A stretch of DNA of 64,000 nt from Verrucomicrobiota bacterium. GTDB lineage: Bacteria; Verrucomicrobiota; Verrucomicrobiia; Limisphaerales; AAA164-E04. This document shows positions 61,051 to 64,000 of this stretch, in pieces. The translations under genes and the position numbers were made by a program. Location: NCBI GenBank assembly GCA_047947115.1, contig CP170459.1:4960001-5024000 (forward strand), given 5' to 3'. The notes below the pieces were generated by a model, which was given only the letters and a program-made list of their open reading frames with translations, ran no database searches and had not been told where the DNA came from. Positions within the stretch are counted from its first letter, which is position 1, and the number at the start of each line of letters is the position of its first letter.

Positions 61051-62493
61051 TCACTTTGGTTCGGATCCTGGCACATAGGTATCGTAGATCTTGGCACTTT
61101 GCCCCATCCAATGAGGTGAAGATCCCCAGAGAGGAACCGTTGGCAACATGCTTTCCCACTTGCTTAACTCCTCAAACAAAGATTGCAACGTGTCGGGTTC
61201 CAGGCCGGAAAGATCATGGGCTTCGCCACGATCCGACGCAGGCCGAAAGAGTTGTGCCGGACGATGTGAGAGACGGATCAGTTTTTCGGTTCCTTGCAAT
61301 ACACTCGCCTGCCCCTGCAATCGCCAAAACAATTTCCTTGGAGGCGCGGTTTGTTCCCCTTTCAGATAGGGCAACAGATTAATGCCGTCGTAGGGGCCGT
61401 AGTGTTGAACCCCTTTTTTAAAATTGCTTTTATCCTCATGAGACATTGGTTCTCTGAGTGGAAGCGGATTCGCCTGGGCGGCGGCCATAAACGTTGGCAG
61501 AAGATCCAAACTGGACGCAGGTTGCTCATAGCCCGTGCCAGCAGGCAAGACGCCCGGCCAACTATAAACCATCGGCACACGCACTCCTCCTTCTCGCAAA
61601 CATCCCTTTGCTCCCGACAAATCGGCGTTCCAACTGGCATTGTTGGTGGCGCCTCCGTTGTCGGAAAAGAACACGATCAGGGTATCTTGTGAGGCCCCTT
61701 GCACTTTCAGGTATTGCCGCAGACGACCGACCGAACGATCCAAGGCATACATCATCGCGGCATAAGTTCGCCGTCTCGGATTTTCAATATGCTCAAACAA
61801 TGCAAGATCGTCACCTGTAGCTTCCATCGGCCCATGAGGCGCGTTATAACTCAGGAATAAAAACCAGGGTTGCTTTTTGTCCTGATGCTGATCAAGCCAA
61901 CTCAATGCTTCGTCGGTAAAAAAATCGGTAAGGTAAGGATTTGAGAACTCCTGAACCGGTTGACCGTTTCGTTCAATCCGGTGTTGATTTGCTTTCGGAA
62001 AGTAAGTGTGACTCCCGGTCAGCATTCCGCAATAATAATCAAACCCCCGTTTTAAAGGATGAAAGGCCTCGCCCATCCCCATGTGCCACTTGCCGATGAG
62101 CGCGGTGGCATAACCGGCAGAACGCAGATGATCGCCCAATGTATGTTCTCCGGGGGGAAGCCCCAGAAGCTCCGGACGTGTATCGTAGGCGGCCGCTCCC
62201 TGATTGAGGTTGGCCTGATAACCGAAACGCCTCGGATCGCGCCCGGTAAACAATCCCGCCCGCGATGGAGAACAAACAGGACTGCAAACATAACCCTGAC
62301 GACAGAAAACGCCCGACTTCACCAGGGAATCCAAGTGCGGTGTTCTCAAGCGGACACTTCCGGTCACACCCAGATCACCATAACCCATATCGTCGGCCAG
62401 GATAACCAGGATATTTGGTTGTCTACCCTCAGCCCATGTGTAGTGCACGGATATGAAACATGTCACCACCAGCAACCATCTCATTCTTGTCAT
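61051..62493 (-). CDS. Secreted arylsulfatase-like sulfatase
   Basis: PNILVILADDMGYGD, CSPSR, GKWH, APH, SDNG, EGG.RVP. Confidence 0.94.
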   Translation of the reverse strand: MTRMRWLLVVTCFISVHYTWAEGRQPNILVILADDMGYGDLGVTGSVRLRTPHLDSLVKSGVFCRQGYVCSPVCSPSRAGLFTGRDPRRFGYQANLNQGAAAYDTRPELLGLPPGEHTLGDHLRSAGYATALIGKWHMGMGEAFHPLKRGFDYYCGMLTGSHTYFPKANQHRIERNGQPVQEFSNPYLTDFFTDEALSWLDQHQDKKQPWFLFLSYNAPHGPMEATGDDLALFEHIENPRRRTYAAMMYALDRSVGRLRQYLKVQGASQDTLIVFFSDNGGATNNASWNADLSGAKGCLREGGVRVPMVYSWPGVLPAGTGYEQPASSLDLLPTFMAAAQANPLPLREPMSHEDKSNFKKGVQHYGPYDGINLLPYLKGEQTAPPRKLFWRLQGQASVLQGTEKLIRLSHRPAQLFRPASDRGEAHDLSGLEPDTLQSLFEELSKWESMLPTVPLWGSSPHWMGQSAKIYDTYVPGSEPK

Positions 62494-62537
62494 GGCGCCA
62501 AAATAACCCGATCTGCCCTCCCCGGGAAAGCTTCCAA

Positions 62538-63974
62538 TTAAAGCAGAATATCCCGCACCGTGTCGTGCCCCTCCACACCTGTCAACCTCAGATCCAATCC
62601 CTGAAACGGAACAGAAAGAGCCTTATGATTGATTCCAAGTGTGGTGAGAATGGTGGCATTGAGGTCGTTCACGTGGACTGGATTCTCAACGATGTTGTAG
62701 CTGAATTCATCTGTCTTACCATAACTGATGCCTGGTTTGATACCGCCTCCCGCCAGCCAAAGGGTGAAACACCTTGGATGATGATCACGCCCGTAATTCT
62801 CGCGTGTCAGGGTCCCCTGACAATAGACGGTTCTGCCGAACTCACCCGCCCAGATGACCAGCGTATCGTCCAGCATCCCGCGCTGTTTGAGATCTCGCAG
62901 CAATGCGGTGGTGGGCTGATCCGTATCCCGGCATTGACCGCTGATCTGTTTTGGCAAGGTGAAATGCTGATCCCATCCCATGTGGTAAAGTTGAATGAAT
63001 CGCACATCTCGTTCAGCCAGACGCCGGGCCAACAAACAGTTGTTCGCATAGGTTCCGCGGGTGTGCACATCCGGACCATACATATCCAGGACGGATTTGG
63101 GTTCATTCGAAGTGTCGGTCAGGTCAGGCACGGACATTTGCATACGATACGCCAGTTCGTACTGGGCAATGCGGGTGGAGATTTCCGGATCACCCATTTG
63201 CTCATGGCGATGTTGATTGAGCACGGCAAGGTCATCCAGTTGACGACGACGGGTCTTGCGGTCGATTCCATTCGGATTCGACAAATACAACACCGGATCA
63301 CCAACCGATAAAAACTTCACCCCCTGATAACGGGAAGGCAACATGCCCGCCCCCCAGAGTCGATCATAAAGCGGCTGGCAACTGGGACGTCCGGTGCCGC
63401 GGGACACCATCACGACAAAACCCGGCAGGTCTTTGTTCGCTGATCCCAAACCATAACTCACCCAAGATCCCATGCTGGGCCGGCCGGCCAACTGAAATCC
63501 GGTCTGAAAAAAGGTGATGGCCGGATCGTGATTGATCTGCTCGGTGTGCATGGATTTGATGAAGCACAAATCGTCCGCCACCTGAGGCAGGTGTGGCATC
63601 AACTCACTGATCCATGCGCCGCTGTCGCCATGGCGTTTGAAGGCGTACTTCGACGGCGCGAGCGGAAACCGATCCTGTCCCGAGGTCATGGTGGTCAAAC
63701 GCTGGCCTTGTCGCACCGATTCGGGGAGATCCTGATCAAACAACTTATCCAGTCCCGGCTTGGGATCAAACAAATCCAGTTGAGACGGAGCGCCACTCTG
63801 GAAAAGATAGATGACTCGCTTGGCTTTGGGAGTGAAATGTGGAAGCCCGTGCAATCCTCCCTGCGGGTTCCTCGACTCACTGCCTTGCAGATCGGATTTC
63901 AACAAGGAACCTAATGCGGCCGAACCGATACCCAACCCGGCGCGATGGAAGAAATACCGACGCGTCATGTCCAT
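62538..63974 (-). CDS. DUF1501 family Tat-exported protein (start may lie just beyond the window)
   Basis: [35 protein letters not shown]. Frame stays open to base 64000. Confidence 0.92.
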   Translation of the reverse strand: MDMTRRYFFHRAGLGIGSAALGSLLKSDLQGSESRNPQGGLHGLPHFTPKAKRVIYLFQSGAPSQLDLFDPKPGLDKLFDQDLPESVRQGQRLTTMTSGQDRFPLAPSKYAFKRHGDSGAWISELMPHLPQVADDLCFIKSMHTEQINHDPAITFFQTGFQLAGRPSMGSWVSYGLGSANKDLPGFVVMVSRGTGRPSCQPLYDRLWGAGMLPSRYQGVKFLSVGDPVLYLSNPNGIDRKTRRRQLDDLAVLNQHRHEQMGDPEISTRIAQYELAYRMQMSVPDLTDTSNEPKSVLDMYGPDVHTRGTYANNCLLARRLAERDVRFIQLYHMGWDQHFTLPKQISGQCRDTDQPTTALLRDLKQRGMLDDTLVIWAGEFGRTVYCQGTLTRENYGRDHHPRCFTLWLAGGGIKPGISYGKTDEFSYNIVENPVHVNDLNATILTTLGINHKALSVPFQGLDLRLTGVEGHDTVRDILL

Positions 63975-64000
63975 GCGGGATTCGTAGTGTTGATTTGGAT

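Noticed and set aside
62460..63311. 283-aa plus-strand ORF (also 59204-60028 and 42790-43563)
   Set aside because: Antisense shadows of well-supported minus-strand genes.
1..64000. CRISPR array, tRNA/rRNA, integrase or transposase
   Set aside because: No regularly spaced direct repeats, cloverleaf or rRNA-like tracts, or recombinase motifs seen by eye; a tRNAscan/Infernal run would be needed to exclude small RNAs.

Overview
Gene-dense bacterial chromosome segment. The gene content (DUF1501, planctomycete-type cytochrome c/PSD1, DUF1552/DUF1592, sulfatases, DUF1559-like prepilin, long-form ispG) points to the PVC superphylum, probably Verrucomicrobiota; this is an inference. I support about 47 CDS and saw no rRNA, tRNA, CRISPR array or transposase. 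Housekeeping genes are dapF-dapA-hemB-rseP-ispG, pabB and a Xaa-Pro peptidase. The best candidate for an undescribed system is a six-gene envelope locus at 11669-19149. It encodes two solute-binding-protein/OmpA fusions, a tail-anchored vWA protein, a 2-TM coiled-coil protein, a PspA/IM30 (ESCRT-III)-like protein and a lipoprotein SBP, but no ABC permease or ATPase. Other notable items are a seven-gene MoxR/DUF58/vWA/prenyltransferase-fold/PA14 operon (34566-47983), a DUF2934 plus histone-H1-like gene with a structured, U-tract-containing leader, a vapBC pair with a triple-box operator over a leaderless promoter, several other leaderless-type promoters, and scattered REP-like palindromes. All family assignments come from reading motifs by eye; no database searches were run.
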